Source: an uncultured Planctomycetaceae bacterium (lineage in GTDB: Bacteria; Planctomycetota; Planctomycetia; Planctomycetales; Planctomycetaceae). From it: a stretch of DNA of 64,000 nt. Every line of letters begins with the position of its first letter. Within the stretch, counting starts at the first letter, position 1. The DNA lies in NCBI GenBank assembly GCA_963976765.1, contig CAXBME010000003.1:248001-312000 (forward strand), written 5' to 3'. The position numbers and the translations under genes were made by a program. The notes under the pieces were generated by a model that saw nothing but the letters and a program-made list of their open reading frames with translations, did not search any database and was not told the origin of the DNA. This document shows, piece by piece, positions 9,983 to 20,427 of the stretch.

Positions 9983-11284
9983 TTAACAGGTGGGTAGAGC
10001 GGATTCAGATTCGTCCTTGAATGCTGCCAGCAGTACGGCCAATCCAACAGTTCCAATTCCCGCGGCGATGTACCAGAACTTTGCATAATCGAGCACTCCG
10101 CCGTCTGGAGTACACCACCCGGCGAGTGATCCATTCAGTTGGCCCGCCGTCAATGGCCCAATGCCGAAGACCATCAGACCAAACAGTGTTTGAGCCGAGT
10201 GCTTCACATCGGCTGGAGCCATCCGGTCGACGTAAATAAACCCGGCTGCGTAGAAGCAGGCGAAGCATGGGCCGTGCAGAGCTTGCGATGCGATAATCGC
10301 TGAAAGCGGCAGCGCATCGAAATTCGCGAAAATCAGATATCTCAGCACGTAACATCCTGCACCGAGGACAATCACCTTGCGAAATCCGAATCGTCGGAGC
10401 AGAAGTCCCAGGACGGCCATCGCGCCAATTTCTGCGAACTGACCGATCGACATGGCTGGCATGATGTAGGCATCGTTCAGCCCGATCGCCTTCAGAAATT
10501 TGCTCGTCTGGTAGAAATAGAGGAAGTGGACCGTGCCGACAACAAACGTCGCCATCAGCAGGATCATCATCGAAGTTTGTCGGTAAACATTGAACGCAGA
10601 ACCCAAAGCCAGTCGCTTCGATTCGCTTTTCGGCGGCGTGTGCGGAAGGCAGAACCAGCAATAGATTCCGTAGATGATTGCCAGGACGCCGGCCACCTTG
10701 ACTGAGTCCAGCATTCTGCCGGCTTTCATCGGCACATCATCTCCGCTGAAAAACGGGGGGAGCCACTGGAATTCCAGGTTGTTCTGCAGCCACAGCATCG
10801 GAAAGACCCAGGACACCACGATCCAGGCGACCGTGCCCCAGACGCGGACTCCTGGGAACTGGCGTTTTGGATCATCCATGTGTGCCATCGCCAACGAGTT
10901 GCTAAGCGACATCGTTGGGACGAATAGAATGGCGTAAACAATCGACAGGCCGAACCACCAGGCGAACGATGTTTGAAACGCTGTGAATAACTTGATCGCT
11001 CCGCCGGAAATCAGCAGAACCGCCATGAAACGTTGAGTTGCAAAGCGGCGATCAGCGAGCGGCCCTGCAACAAACGGGCTGAAGATTGCTCCCAGCGCCA
11101 GAGCAACCCCGACTGTGTATCCGATTTCAGTGTCCGAGAATCCGAGGCCACCTTCAGATGGATCAGCTGAAAGAAATCGAGCCGCCAGCGGAAGCCAGAC
11201 GCCACGAACGGCATACTCCATAAACATCATGCCGCGAAGCCGGGTCATCTTGAATGGGAGCGGTGCGGTCGCGGTGTCACTCAT
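9983..11284 (-). CDS. MFS transporter, nucleoside:H+ symporter (NupG-like) family
   Basis: MMFMEYAVRGVW, LADRRF, FPGVRVWGTVAW, SIGQFAEI; many TM segments; start taken at MSDTAT. Confidence 0.85.
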   Translation of the reverse strand: MSDTATAPLPFKMTRLRGMMFMEYAVRGVWLPLAARFLSADPSEGGLGFSDTEIGYTVGVALALGAIFSPFVAGPLADRRFATQRFMAVLLISGGAIKLFTAFQTSFAWWFGLSIVYAILFVPTMSLSNSLAMAHMDDPKRQFPGVRVWGTVAWIVVSWVFPMLWLQNNLEFQWLPPFFSGDDVPMKAGRMLDSVKVAGVLAIIYGIYCWFCLPHTPPKSESKRLALGSAFNVYRQTSMMILLMATFVVGTVHFLYFYQTSKFLKAIGLNDAYIMPAMSIGQFAEIGAMAVLGLLLRRFGFRKVIVLGAGCYVLRYLIFANFDALPLSAIIASQALHGPCFACFYAAGFIYVDRMAPADVKHSAQTLFGLMVFGIGPLTAGQLNGSLAGWCTPDGGVLDYAKFWYIAAGIGTVGLAVLLAAFKDESESALPTC

Positions 11285-11324
11285 GGTTCGCGGCTTCCTT
11301 CGCGGGACGACTGGCCTGGCAGTT

Positions 11325-12572
11325 TTACGTTTCGAGGCCGAAGTGTGGAGCAATTTCTCGCTGCACGGTAGCGACCTCGCCGGAAAGGATTTCGTCAAGA
11401 GTGACTCGACGTCCGGCTCGCGAAGACTCAAGCACGGCCCACGCACACGCCAGATCCCGCAGTCCTTCCTGCCCATCGACAATGGGAGCACGCGTGTCGC
11501 GGATCGCATCCAGCCAGTCGAGTTGAGTCAATGCGAAGCTGTCTTCAAGACCAAACGGGATCTCAACGTTTCGCTGCTCGACCGGGATGTGCTGTTCGTA
11601 AAGTCCGGCGAGGGAGTGCTCAACGCCGGCGTCATCAGTGAACCTGTTTCCGCGAAGCTGGCCCTTCGATGTGTAGACGACCGGGCCGGGGCCGCAGATC
11701 GTCGGCGTGGCGTGACCGGCCCAGCTTGCATGAACGCTGCCGATGGCGCCGTTCGTCGTCTCGAAAGTCGCAAAGTAAGTGTCGTCGGCGTCGCATTCGA
11801 CTTTGTTTGTAACGTTGCCGGCATCGTCCCATGTGTAACGAACAGGCTCGACCGTGTGAGCCCTCCCGTCAATCGACACGACTTCGCCGCCTGCGACTCG
11901 AACAAAATCAAACTGGTGAACTCCCATGTCGAGCGTGATGCCGCCTGCCTGTTCGATACGATGTCTCCAGGGCGTTTCGGCAACAATGTTGTTGGGTGCC
12001 CACCACGCTCCGATTGCTCCCGCGTGAATGAGTTGAGGTTTACCAAGGATTCCTGCCTGGAACAGGGAACTCATTCGAATCGAGTCTGGACGAAATCGCC
12101 AGTTCTCGAACACGCCGAGCGTCAGGTCATGAGTGTCGAATGCTTCGCACATCATTCTCGCGCCGGCGACCGTCACCGACATCGGCTTCTGAGTCAGCAG
12201 GTGCTTACCATTTTCTGCAGCAAGCCGAGCGATGACATGGTGCAGCCCGTGCAGTGTGAAATCGTTAATCGCGTCGACCGATTCCGACGCGATCAGCTCG
12301 TGGAAGTCGTCGTAAATCTCGACATCGACGTCGTCCTGAAAGTCAGAAAGAAACTCATCACCCACGGCGAGCGCGTCGCCGGGAATGTTGCTGACCGCCG
12401 ACCGCTGTGCCGGCCCTTCTCCGCGCCGAACGTACGATCTAGCATCGTCGATGTTTCGCGCACACAAGGCGGTGATGCGAAAATCGTCAACGCCCGCTTC
12501 TCGAAGCAGTCGGTAACCTTTTAAGTGAGCGGCCAGAATTCGACCGCAGCCGATAATGCCTATTCGAATCAT
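11325..12572 (-). CDS. Gfo/Idh/MocA family oxidoreductase
   Basis: IGIIGCGRI, GKHLLTQKP, ENWRF, GGITLDMGVHQFD. Confidence 0.9.
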   Translation of the reverse strand: MIRIGIIGCGRILAAHLKGYRLLREAGVDDFRITALCARNIDDARSYVRRGEGPAQRSAVSNIPGDALAVGDEFLSDFQDDVDVEIYDDFHELIASESVDAINDFTLHGLHHVIARLAAENGKHLLTQKPMSVTVAGARMMCEAFDTHDLTLGVFENWRFRPDSIRMSSLFQAGILGKPQLIHAGAIGAWWAPNNIVAETPWRHRIEQAGGITLDMGVHQFDFVRVAGGEVVSIDGRAHTVEPVRYTWDDAGNVTNKVECDADDTYFATFETTNGAIGSVHASWAGHATPTICGPGPVVYTSKGQLRGNRFTDDAGVEHSLAGLYEQHIPVEQRNVEIPFGLEDSFALTQLDWLDAIRDTRAPIVDGQEGLRDLACAWAVLESSRAGRRVTLDEILSGEVATVQREIAPHFGLET

Positions 12573-12704
12573 TTGCGGGGCTCAGCTTGTTCCTGGTGAA
12601 TCTTGAGCAGGAACCAGCAGAGGAATCCGAGACAGTGTTCCGGGCTTGACTTGGACTCTCTGCTTTTCTCCTGTTCTGATTCGACACGATGGTCAATTGA
12701 AGAA

Positions 12705-14195
12705 TTATGACAACGGATAAATGGGCCGCCTGACGTACTTCCACGGGAAGTCTGCAATGTTGCTTGAACATGGCCCAGCAGTGTCGACCGTGTAAGCCGC
12801 GGCGGTGATTGGATCGTAAGCTCGGCGATGGGCAACGGCAGCTTTAACACCGATGACGCTGCATGCTTCGGGAATGATTCCCTGGCTGCGAAGCTGACCA
12901 AGATCAAAGGGCGGCGTCTTTCGAGAGGTGAGCAAAACCGAGACCCCACCGTTTCGCACGACAGCACACGGCCCCATTTCGATGTGCACTCCATACATCG
13001 AAGCCAGATGACTGTTCGGATCTTCCAGGTCAAACTTTCCGTCACTGAATGAAACGAGTTCGACTTCCAGCTCGACCGGCTGGCAGAATGACGCACTGTC
13101 GCGGGCTCCAATGCTCACCTTGAGCAGTTCGTCAACTGAGTGACTTGCCAGCTGCGCGACGGTGACCGGGTCGTTGATCACGCACACCGAATTTGAAAAC
13201 TGTTCGTCAAGCAGGAATCGAAGCAGTTCGGTTGTGTCGCCAGGAGCACCGCCACCGATGTTGTCTGCCGGTTCAACGACGATCACCGGGGTTCGGCCTG
13301 CTTCGACATCGGCGCGAATTTCGTTTCGGCAATCAACGAGTGGACGATCGACCTTGTTCCCCTCGGCCCGATGTTCGATCGACCAATCCACGAGTCGCTG
13401 CAGCTCTTTACGAGCGACCGCTGCTTCGCCGAATGTGACAGCCGCGAAGCTGACTCCGGTGTCCATCGTGTCGGCAAAAGAGAACCCACCCATCACATTG
13501 ACAGCGGCGATGTCTTCATGTGTCGCCTCGATTTCTCGCGCCATCGACTCCAGCCTTCGCATTGGATCATCGGCGGTGCCGGTGCCGGTGGGTGGCCACA
13601 TGATTGGCGGCTGCGACCAGACGGAAATTGGTTGCCGGTTTGTCGTCAGGATTCTGTCGAGCAGACGGGCTGCTCGTTCAGCGGTCTCGCAGGCGTCGGT
13701 GTGAGGATTGTTTCGATAGGCGATCAGCCCTTGAGTCTGCTCAATCGTTTGTGGCGAAATGTTGCCATGTAGATCGAGGATGCCGCAAACAGGGACCGAC
13801 TCAGCGCCGGGCAGTTGCCGAATTCTTGAAACCAGCTCGCCTTCGACGTCTGCCAACGATCGAGTCACCATCGCTCCGTGCAGGACGAGAAAGATGCCGT
13901 CCACTTCGTTTCGAGAAAGCGGCGGCCCGCCGACCGATTCAAAGTTAGACCAGAAGTACTCGAAAACTTCGTCTTCAACGATTCCGCCGGGCGTGGCGCG
14001 AAGGTCGATGATCGGAGTGACTGACCAGTCGCAGGCGTCGGCAACTTTCAGAAATCCGGCGAGCGGTGAGCCATCGCCGCGAGCTTCGAACATCTCATCA
14101 CTCAGGCGTTGTTGAAAACTGCTGAGCGGGATGCTTGATTCAAGAAAAGTGTGCGTCTCGTGAAAAAGTCCGGCGACCAGAACTCGTTTCGACAT
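12705..14195 (-). CDS. M81 (MlrC-like) metallopeptidase
   Basis: HETHTF, LHGAM, LDLHGN, YRNNPHTD, ADNIGGGAPGD; start taken at MSKRVL. Confidence 0.9.
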   Translation of the reverse strand: MSKRVLVAGLFHETHTFLESSIPLSSFQQRLSDEMFEARGDGSPLAGFLKVADACDWSVTPIIDLRATPGGIVEDEVFEYFWSNFESVGGPPLSRNEVDGIFLVLHGAMVTRSLADVEGELVSRIRQLPGAESVPVCGILDLHGNISPQTIEQTQGLIAYRNNPHTDACETAERAARLLDRILTTNRQPISVWSQPPIMWPPTGTGTADDPMRRLESMAREIEATHEDIAAVNVMGGFSFADTMDTGVSFAAVTFGEAAVARKELQRLVDWSIEHRAEGNKVDRPLVDCRNEIRADVEAGRTPVIVVEPADNIGGGAPGDTTELLRFLLDEQFSNSVCVINDPVTVAQLASHSVDELLKVSIGARDSASFCQPVELEVELVSFSDGKFDLEDPNSHLASMYGVHIEMGPCAVVRNGGVSVLLTSRKTPPFDLGQLRSQGIIPEACSVIGVKAAVAHRRAYDPITAAAYTVDTAGPCSSNIADFPWKYVRRPIYPLS

Positions 14196-14260
14196 AGCCC
14201 GCGCTCCGTTCGAGAATTTGATCACTTCCGTCAGATCGAGCATTTCAAAGACTGGCCCGG

Positions 14261-14794
14261 TTATCCAAGAAAACCTCGCTCGCGAAGCTCTTGAACATTG
14301 TCGGGGGCGCTGGCAACGATTCGCTCAGTGGCGTACTTCATGATCGCTACGCCGGCCAGCTCGGTCGGAGCCGTAAGAATCGCGACGTGCTCTTCTTCCT
14401 CGTCATCGAGCTGGCGGTTCAATTTCGCGACGATTTCCTCGACGCTGTCGCTGACCAGTTTCGATTGCTGAGTGCTGTTTGTGAGTCTCAGATTTCCGAA
14501 GGCCATCGTGCGGGCGAGGATGAAGTCCACCACGTTTCCGAATTCAGCGTCCTCAAAGAAATTGTGAAATTCCGGGTGCATGTTATCCGGCGTCAGAATC
14601 ATCGGCCGGTCGACTTTCACGCTGCCTTTGCGCACTGAAACCAGATCGCCTTCGCTCTCGCCCTCACAGACCAGGTAGTAGTCGAGGTCAGAATGGCCAA
14701 ATGTGAAGAGAGAGTACTGAACCGGTCGAGCAATCCTGACAGCGTTCCAGATACGGCGAAATCGGAGTTCGTCTTCAAAGTCCGATGGGTACAT
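14261..14794 (-). CDS. Hypothetical protein
   Basis: Coherent acidic ORF from MYPSDF to ELRERGFLG with upstream AGGAAA; function unknown. Confidence 0.75.
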   Translation of the reverse strand: MYPSDFEDELRFRRIWNAVRIARPVQYSLFTFGHSDLDYYLVCEGESEGDLVSVRKGSVKVDRPMILTPDNMHPEFHNFFEDAEFGNVVDFILARTMAFGNLRLTNSTQQSKLVSDSVEEIVAKLNRQLDDEEEEHVAILTAPTELAGVAIMKYATERIVASAPDNVQELRERGFLG

Positions 14795-14924
14795 CGTTCG
14801 GGGATTTCCTGATGTAAAAAAGAAACAGGTGCGTTCCCTCAGGGGAAGCACCTGTCTTTAAGCATAATTTGTCGTTTCGAAGACCGCCATGAACTGGCGA
14901 ATTCGGTCCGGTAATAAGTCGCCG

Positions 14925-16946
14925 CTACAGCCAGAAGTACTTCTGAACGAACTCGACCACATCTCCAAACAGGACGTACCCCAGCGACTTCTCACCACAA
15001 TTAATCTTTGCTCGAACCTCAGCACCGATTCGCGGCTGTCTCGGAAGTTGATCTTTTTCGAACTCACAGAAGACCATGACAACGCTGCCGGCTTCCTGAG
15101 AAGAATTTGCTCGTGTTGAAACTCTTGAGACCTTTCCTTCGAACTTGGATTCGGAATCGGTCGCCAGGACAAACTCGACAGGAAGACTCAGGTCATTGTT
15201 GTTCGCTTTGACGGCGTCCAGAAAGTGCCCCATTCGTTTCTCTTCGACGTCCAGTTCGAGGTGCCATTCACCGTCGTCATGTTTGATTTCGAGCAGGACT
15301 TCTCCCCGTCGCACTGGTCGGTTCAAAAGGAGTTGCTCTAACTGAAACGTCGCGATGACTCCAGAGATAGGAGCCTTGACGCTCAATGAAGCGATTCGCT
15401 CTTCAATAATGGCAATCTGTTCCGCCAGTGAAGCCATTTCTTCCTGCGTCTGCTTCATTTGCCCTTCAAGCTCGTTTCGCTTGTTCGGTTCGGCCGGACG
15501 CAGGTTTCGAGTCAGTTCATTATTGATCGTCTTAAGCAGGGCTTCTTTCGATCGGTATTCTCCGATGGCGGCGGTCCGTTGGGTTTTGAGGTCAGGATTC
15601 TTGATCTGCAACAGGAGCTCACCTTCTTCTACGTGCTGACCACTTTCGACCATGATCTCGACGACTTCGCCGTCCCAAGGCACAAAAACGTCTTTCTGGA
15701 CGACCGGCATCATGCGTCCCTGCCCTTCGACTCTGTAGTCATAGGGGATGACTACCAGAGCGGCGATGGCCGCTGCCAGCACAAGGACGACCAATGCTGC
15801 TTTCAGGCCGTTGCGACCTTCGAGGAAGCCAAAGACTTTTCCGAGGCCTCGCCAAAGCGGCATGAGAAACAATCGGTTGTACTGTTTGGCATTGTAGATC
15901 GCGGCGCCAATGTGGTCTGAAATGAGGTCGCCTTTTTCAAGAACGCCCGACTTCGGCTGACTCTCCGCCACCTGTTCAATAATGATGCCACCAACAGCCT
16001 TGCGAATTTTCTCTTTTGGACGCCCGTTGGAATCTTCTTTTTCAATCACCGGGTCCGGCTGAAAGATTGGGATCACAGTCACCATGCGGGAGCCGCTCTC
16101 CTGAACGAAGTCAGCCAGAGCGCGTTCGACCTTCGGAGCCAGATGGTCAACCTTGCCGGTGTATTCCATCTTTTCGTTGGTACGGATGACGCGCGAAGCC
16201 AGCTTCGTCATTCTGCGAACCAGGTTCGCCCGGTGGTTGACGCTGTCCTGCCCGCTGATAGCTCGAATGACGGTTTTGCGACCATCGAGAACGGCCACAC
16301 TCAGACGATCGCAGCCAACAAGCAAACGCCCGTCATTTGCAGCCGTAAACGCGACTTCTTTGACGTCAAGCGACTTGTGAAGCTGCAGAACGAACTGTTC
16401 GAAGTCTTCCGCGATCTTCGAAACCGCCTGCGACGAGTTCGCGTCGTCTTTTCCCTGATTGTCGAGGTACCGGCAGGCATAGCCGGTCATCTGCTCGACG
16501 AACTGTAGAAATCCAGGTCTTGCCTGCGCAGGCGTGTCGTGTCGCTGGAAAATTTCCACGACACCGACAACTTCCTTGTTTTTCTGCAACGCCGCCAGAA
16601 CAAGCATGTCGTCCGTGGGCAGTTTTTCGCTGGTTTCTGCGGGATGATAAGTGCATGCCTGGCCGTTAGACAGAACTTCGGTCAGGAACTGCTGATTCGC
16701 TGACATCGCATTGGGGTTTTCGTGAAACCCTGTGTTGGCGAGCCCGATCTCGTGCAGAAGCTCCAGCCGGTTGGCGTCGTTCCTCAGCCAGACCACGCCA
16801 GCACGAGCCCCCACGGCGCCGACCACTCGCTTCAGAAATTCATTGAAGAATTCCTTCGGTGGCATCTTTGAACGCGAATGTTCTTCGATTTCCCGCGCAA
16901 GCTGGATGATCTTGTCACGGACTTCCTGAACGCTTGAGTTGGACAT
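14925..16946 (-). CDS. HlyD-family periplasmic adaptor with N-terminal GAF-like domains
   Basis: Long N-terminal domain (ANDGRLLVGCDRLSV), one TM, lipoyl halves (DGEVVEIMVESGQHV; APISGVI) around a coiled coil. Confidence 0.82.
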   Translation of the reverse strand: MSNSSVQEVRDKIIQLAREIEEHSRSKMPPKEFFNEFLKRVVGAVGARAGVVWLRNDANRLELLHEIGLANTGFHENPNAMSANQQFLTEVLSNGQACTYHPAETSEKLPTDDMLVLAALQKNKEVVGVVEIFQRHDTPAQARPGFLQFVEQMTGYACRYLDNQGKDDANSSQAVSKIAEDFEQFVLQLHKSLDVKEVAFTAANDGRLLVGCDRLSVAVLDGRKTVIRAISGQDSVNHRANLVRRMTKLASRVIRTNEKMEYTGKVDHLAPKVERALADFVQESGSRMVTVIPIFQPDPVIEKEDSNGRPKEKIRKAVGGIIIEQVAESQPKSGVLEKGDLISDHIGAAIYNAKQYNRLFLMPLWRGLGKVFGFLEGRNGLKAALVVLVLAAAIAALVVIPYDYRVEGQGRMMPVVQKDVFVPWDGEVVEIMVESGQHVEEGELLLQIKNPDLKTQRTAAIGEYRSKEALLKTINNELTRNLRPAEPNKRNELEGQMKQTQEEMASLAEQIAIIEERIASLSVKAPISGVIATFQLEQLLLNRPVRRGEVLLEIKHDDGEWHLELDVEEKRMGHFLDAVKANNNDLSLPVEFVLATDSESKFEGKVSRVSTRANSSQEAGSVVMVFCEFEKDQLPRQPRIGAEVRAKINCGEKSLGYVLFGDVVEFVQKYFWL

Positions 16947-17701
16947 AGCTGGCTCAACAGAGTCTGGGCGGCCAAAAGGCCAATGATGTGTTACTCAGGG
17001 ATGTGCGAATTCGTCGGTCGGACCAAGAACCTTTGACAGCCACAGCGTCAACTGGCGAGTACACCCGCCTGCTACTCCTGTCAAAACCCGACCTTCTGAC
17101 AGTTTTGTACAACGTATCGACGACTCCCGAAAGCCCAATCGCGCAAGGAGTTGGATGTCCAACAACCAACAAGGGATCCTCGATCGACCAGTGATTCATG
17201 CATCGTCGACACCCATTGACACTGCCACTGGCTGTGTTCGGATGTTTTTTCAGATTGCGGCATGTGACGACTGAGGAAACTATGGCGACAACAACTGCGA
17301 TTCCTTGATCTGGAAACGGCGAACTGGCTGGTGCTGATCAAGGCTTGAGATCAGCCGGTCGAAAACTTTACGAACCCATCCCACTTCATATCTCCCAACT
17401 GGATACCTTGATCGAGCAGGTCAGTTCTGAGTGGCACTACTCGTTCAAATTGCAGATCCGAGCCGGTCTGGTTCAAAGCCTGCAGTGCAGATCGTTCGAT
17501 GGAGACACTGTAGCCATCACCGGGCGCTTAATGTCCGTATCTGGACAGAACAGGAACACCTGGAAGAGCTTTCCACACTTCACCGTCGCTACTACAATCC
17601 GCCGACTCTACCTGCTCCCCCCCTCTTCCGTGAGCAGTGATGGAGCGTTACGAGCATCCTGAACAGCAACTGAGCCACCTGGATGATTCGCTGAGGAGCT
17701 T

Positions 17702-19726
17702 ATGAATACTAAGGAGTTTTTCATGCGCCGCACGATAGTCGCATTACTATCCACCATTTGCCTGCTTGGAACCGTTGGTCCGGTTGCCGCCCAGAATACC
17801 GTCCCCACAGTGACCATGATGTTGTCCAGTGCGGGCGAACTGGAATCGGATCTCCAGGCCATCATGGAGATGGGCGGAAAGGAATCGGCAGAACAGTGGC
17901 CGATTATCCAGGCGGTTCTGTCAGCCTTCAACGCAGGAATCGATCCAGCTCGACCTATCCGAATCGACATCATCTTTGGCGATGTTCGGGACTACCGAAT
18001 CAGCATTCCGTACGTGAAGCAAAAAGACATCCTGGGAAATATCCACGGCTTCATCGGCGGCAGAGCTCCTCGTCCAATTGGTTCCGGGTTGTACGCGTTG
18101 AACGGTCCTGCTTTTCAGGGTGTTCTTCGAGACAACACGAAAATCAAGTACGTGATCATCGCTGCAAACAAGAACAATATACCGGCGAACTTCGATCCTC
18201 GGCCTGATCTTCAGCCACTTCTGGATGCCGGCTACGACCTGGCGGCATCGGTGAAAAATACGGCGGAAGGTGTCGATGACCGGAAAAAAGCGATTGCCGA
18301 TCTTCGAGAAGAATTGCTGGGCGGACTGAAGAAGACTGCTGAGGAGACCGACCTCGAATTTGAAATTCGCACGGTTGGCCTGGTCCATCAGCTGGAAGAA
18401 CTTGAGCGATTGTTCGCGGACAGTGAGAGTCTGGTTCTGGGCTGGACAACGGATGCTGCCAAAAAAGAAGCACGCATGGACCTTGAGTTGACCGCTCTGC
18501 CGGGAACTGACCTGGAGAAGAGCATCCTTGAGCTTGGTGCGAAGCCAAGCCTGTTTTCTTCCGCAGCGAAATCAGAAAACTCGATGTTTTTTGGCCGGGT
18601 AAACCACTCGCTCGACGAAATGCGGAAAGCTCATCTCGACGAGATGCTCACCCTGCTGACGTCGCAGTCGATTGCCGAAATTGAAGCTTCCGACAAAGTT
18701 GCCGCTGATTACAAAAACGCGTCCAAAGACGCAGCAACAGCATTCTTCGAAATGCTCAAAGCTGGCAGTGTGATGGGCGTCTTTGACGGCTTCGCCGATA
18801 TCGATCATGGTGAGAAAGGGCGCTCAATCGTCGGAACGATCCGAGCGGCCGACGGGACAAAAATCAACGGGGTCCTGGCATCACTGAAGGCTGCTGGCTG
18901 GAATGTCGAACTGGCAAAGGACGCAGCACCAGTCAGCAAGGCGGAGCCTGCCAGTAATGCGGCTCCGGTCGACAGGAAAGAGGACGCCACGAACGACGTC
19001 CCCCCAAAAGAAGCAGCCCCAACAGAAGCTGCTACCAAATCTGAAACAACCGACGACGCTGTAACTGAAAAAGCGAAAGCAGTGGAAACAAAAGTGAAGG
19101 CCGATCCGGCCGATGCAGGCGAAAAGGTTGACGGCGACACGGCAAAGGATGAGCCAGTCGAAGAAACCAGCAAGGCAGTTAAGACAGAGGAGAAGCCCGA
19201 AGACGCAACTGCGAACGCAAAGCCAGCGGCAACCGAACTTGCGATTCACAAAGTCAAGCTCCCTGCTGTTGGGCAGTCTGACTTCCAGAATCTGTTCGGT
19301 GACGATGTTGTCCTGCTGGTCGCGGGAACTTCCAACGGTGTTTACTACGCTGCCGGGCCGGGAGCAGAAGATCGTCTGCGGAAAGCAGTTGCGGAAGCTG
19401 GTGAAGATCAGTCACTGAACGATGGTACGTTCATCGAAATCCAGGCGAAGCTCGGACCGTGGCTTGAGTACCTGAAAGAACGTCGGGAGCGTCGCGAAGC
19501 AGGCGAAGATTTGAGCAAGCTCACTAAAGAAGAAGAGAGTGCCCGAAAAGAGCGTGCCGAGTTTCGCGACATGGCGATCAAGGCGTTCGGCGAAGGGTTG
19601 GACACAATCCACCTGCAAATGAAGAGTGACCAGAAAAAAGTCACAGGTCTGACGACTTACGCCGAAGGAATTCTTCGGTTTGTCGGTCGAGCGATCGCCA
19701 ACGTGGCCGCTACCAAGCTCCAGTAA
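17702..19726 (+). CDS. Secreted hypothetical protein with A/E/K/T-rich low-complexity insert
   Basis: GAGGAG RBS, signal peptide ending VAA-Q, 674-codon ORF. Confidence 0.8.
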   Translation: MNTKEFFMRRTIVALLSTICLLGTVGPVAAQNTVPTVTMMLSSAGELESDLQAIMEMGGKESAEQWPIIQAVLSAFNAGIDPARPIRIDIIFGDVRDYRISIPYVKQKDILGNIHGFIGGRAPRPIGSGLYALNGPAFQGVLRDNTKIKYVIIAANKNNIPANFDPRPDLQPLLDAGYDLAASVKNTAEGVDDRKKAIADLREELLGGLKKTAEETDLEFEIRTVGLVHQLEELERLFADSESLVLGWTTDAAKKEARMDLELTALPGTDLEKSILELGAKPSLFSSAAKSENSMFFGRVNHSLDEMRKAHLDEMLTLLTSQSIAEIEASDKVAADYKNASKDAATAFFEMLKAGSVMGVFDGFADIDHGEKGRSIVGTIRAADGTKINGVLASLKAAGWNVELAKDAAPVSKAEPASNAAPVDRKEDATNDVPPKEAAPTEAATKSETTDDAVTEKAKAVETKVKADPADAGEKVDGDTAKDEPVEETSKAVKTEEKPEDATANAKPAATELAIHKVKLPAVGQSDFQNLFGDDVVLLVAGTSNGVYYAAGPGAEDRLRKAVAEAGEDQSLNDGTFIEIQAKLGPWLEYLKERRERREAGEDLSKLTKEEESARKERAEFRDMAIKAFGEGLDTIHLQMKSDQKKVTGLTTYAEGILRFVGRAIANVAATKLQ

Positions 19727-19751
19727 ATCTTTTGAACCGCCAAATGAACAG

Positions 19752-19787
19752 CCCCTTGGGAATTCTGAATTCTCAAGGGGACTTTCA
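19752..19787 (+). terminator. Intrinsic terminator-like hairpin
   Basis: CCCCTTGGGAATTC-T-GAATTCTCAAGGGG followed by ACTTTCA, between convergent genes. Confidence 0.65.
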
Positions 19788-19848
19788 TACCCCGCTTCGC
19801 AAAAGCAGAGGCACAATTTGTGCCGAACAACATTAGGCAGTGCCCACT

Positions 19849-20370
19849 CTAATCTTCCGGAAAATCCACGACGACATCTTCGCCCAGCGCTTCGAGCGCG
19901 GCGGAGAACTCGTCACGGTCCAGTTCTTCCGGGCTGTCGCCGATGGCTGAGATTTCGAACGTCATCAGCCCGGTCATGGCGGCAGGGCGAAGGTTTGTTT
20001 CCAGCTCCAGGATGTTGATCTGTCGGGCCGTGCAAAGCTGAGCGAACTTGTGCAGCAGTCTCGGACGGTCGCCGCAGAGCACGATGACTTCAAACGGGTG
20101 TCTGGTCGGTTCTGGTTTGGCGTCTGCTTCGGTAGATTCGGTTCGTACGACAGCCAGATGGAATTCCGACTGGAACGAACTTTCCAATGACGACTCAAAT
20201 GCGTCGGCATTTTCGAGAGGAACCTCAGCCAGAAAGACGCCGCCGAACTGACCTTCAACCTGCATGATGCGGCTTTCGCACCAGGCCCCGTCGTGATCGG
20301 CGACCGTCTTTGAGAACGATTCGACAATTCCCAATCGATCATTTCCCAGCAGCGTGATGACAAACTTCAT
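19849..20370 (-). CDS. GcvR-like tandem ACT domain protein
   Basis: ITLLGNDRLGIV...ESR...GQF and second ACT GDRPRLL...INILEL. Confidence 0.85.
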   Translation of the reverse strand: MKFVITLLGNDRLGIVESFSKTVADHDGAWCESRIMQVEGQFGGVFLAEVPLENADAFESSLESSFQSEFHLAVVRTESTEADAKPEPTRHPFEVIVLCGDRPRLLHKFAQLCTARQINILELETNLRPAAMTGLMTFEISAIGDSPEELDRDEFSAALEALGEDVVVDFPED

Positions 20371-20427
20371 GGTGGATCCTGTTTCGCTTGCACTTGAGTG
20401 GTGAGAAGTCGGGAACAGCACAATCTG

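Noticed and set aside
11115..12524. 469-aa + strand ORF and other long antisense ORFs (e.g. 51432-52364, 34874-35632)
   Set aside because: Shadow frames opposite well-supported genes, with no motifs.
17272..17308. GAGGAAA RBS plus 8-codon ORF MATTTAIP
   Set aside because: Too short to support, and no attenuator structure seen.
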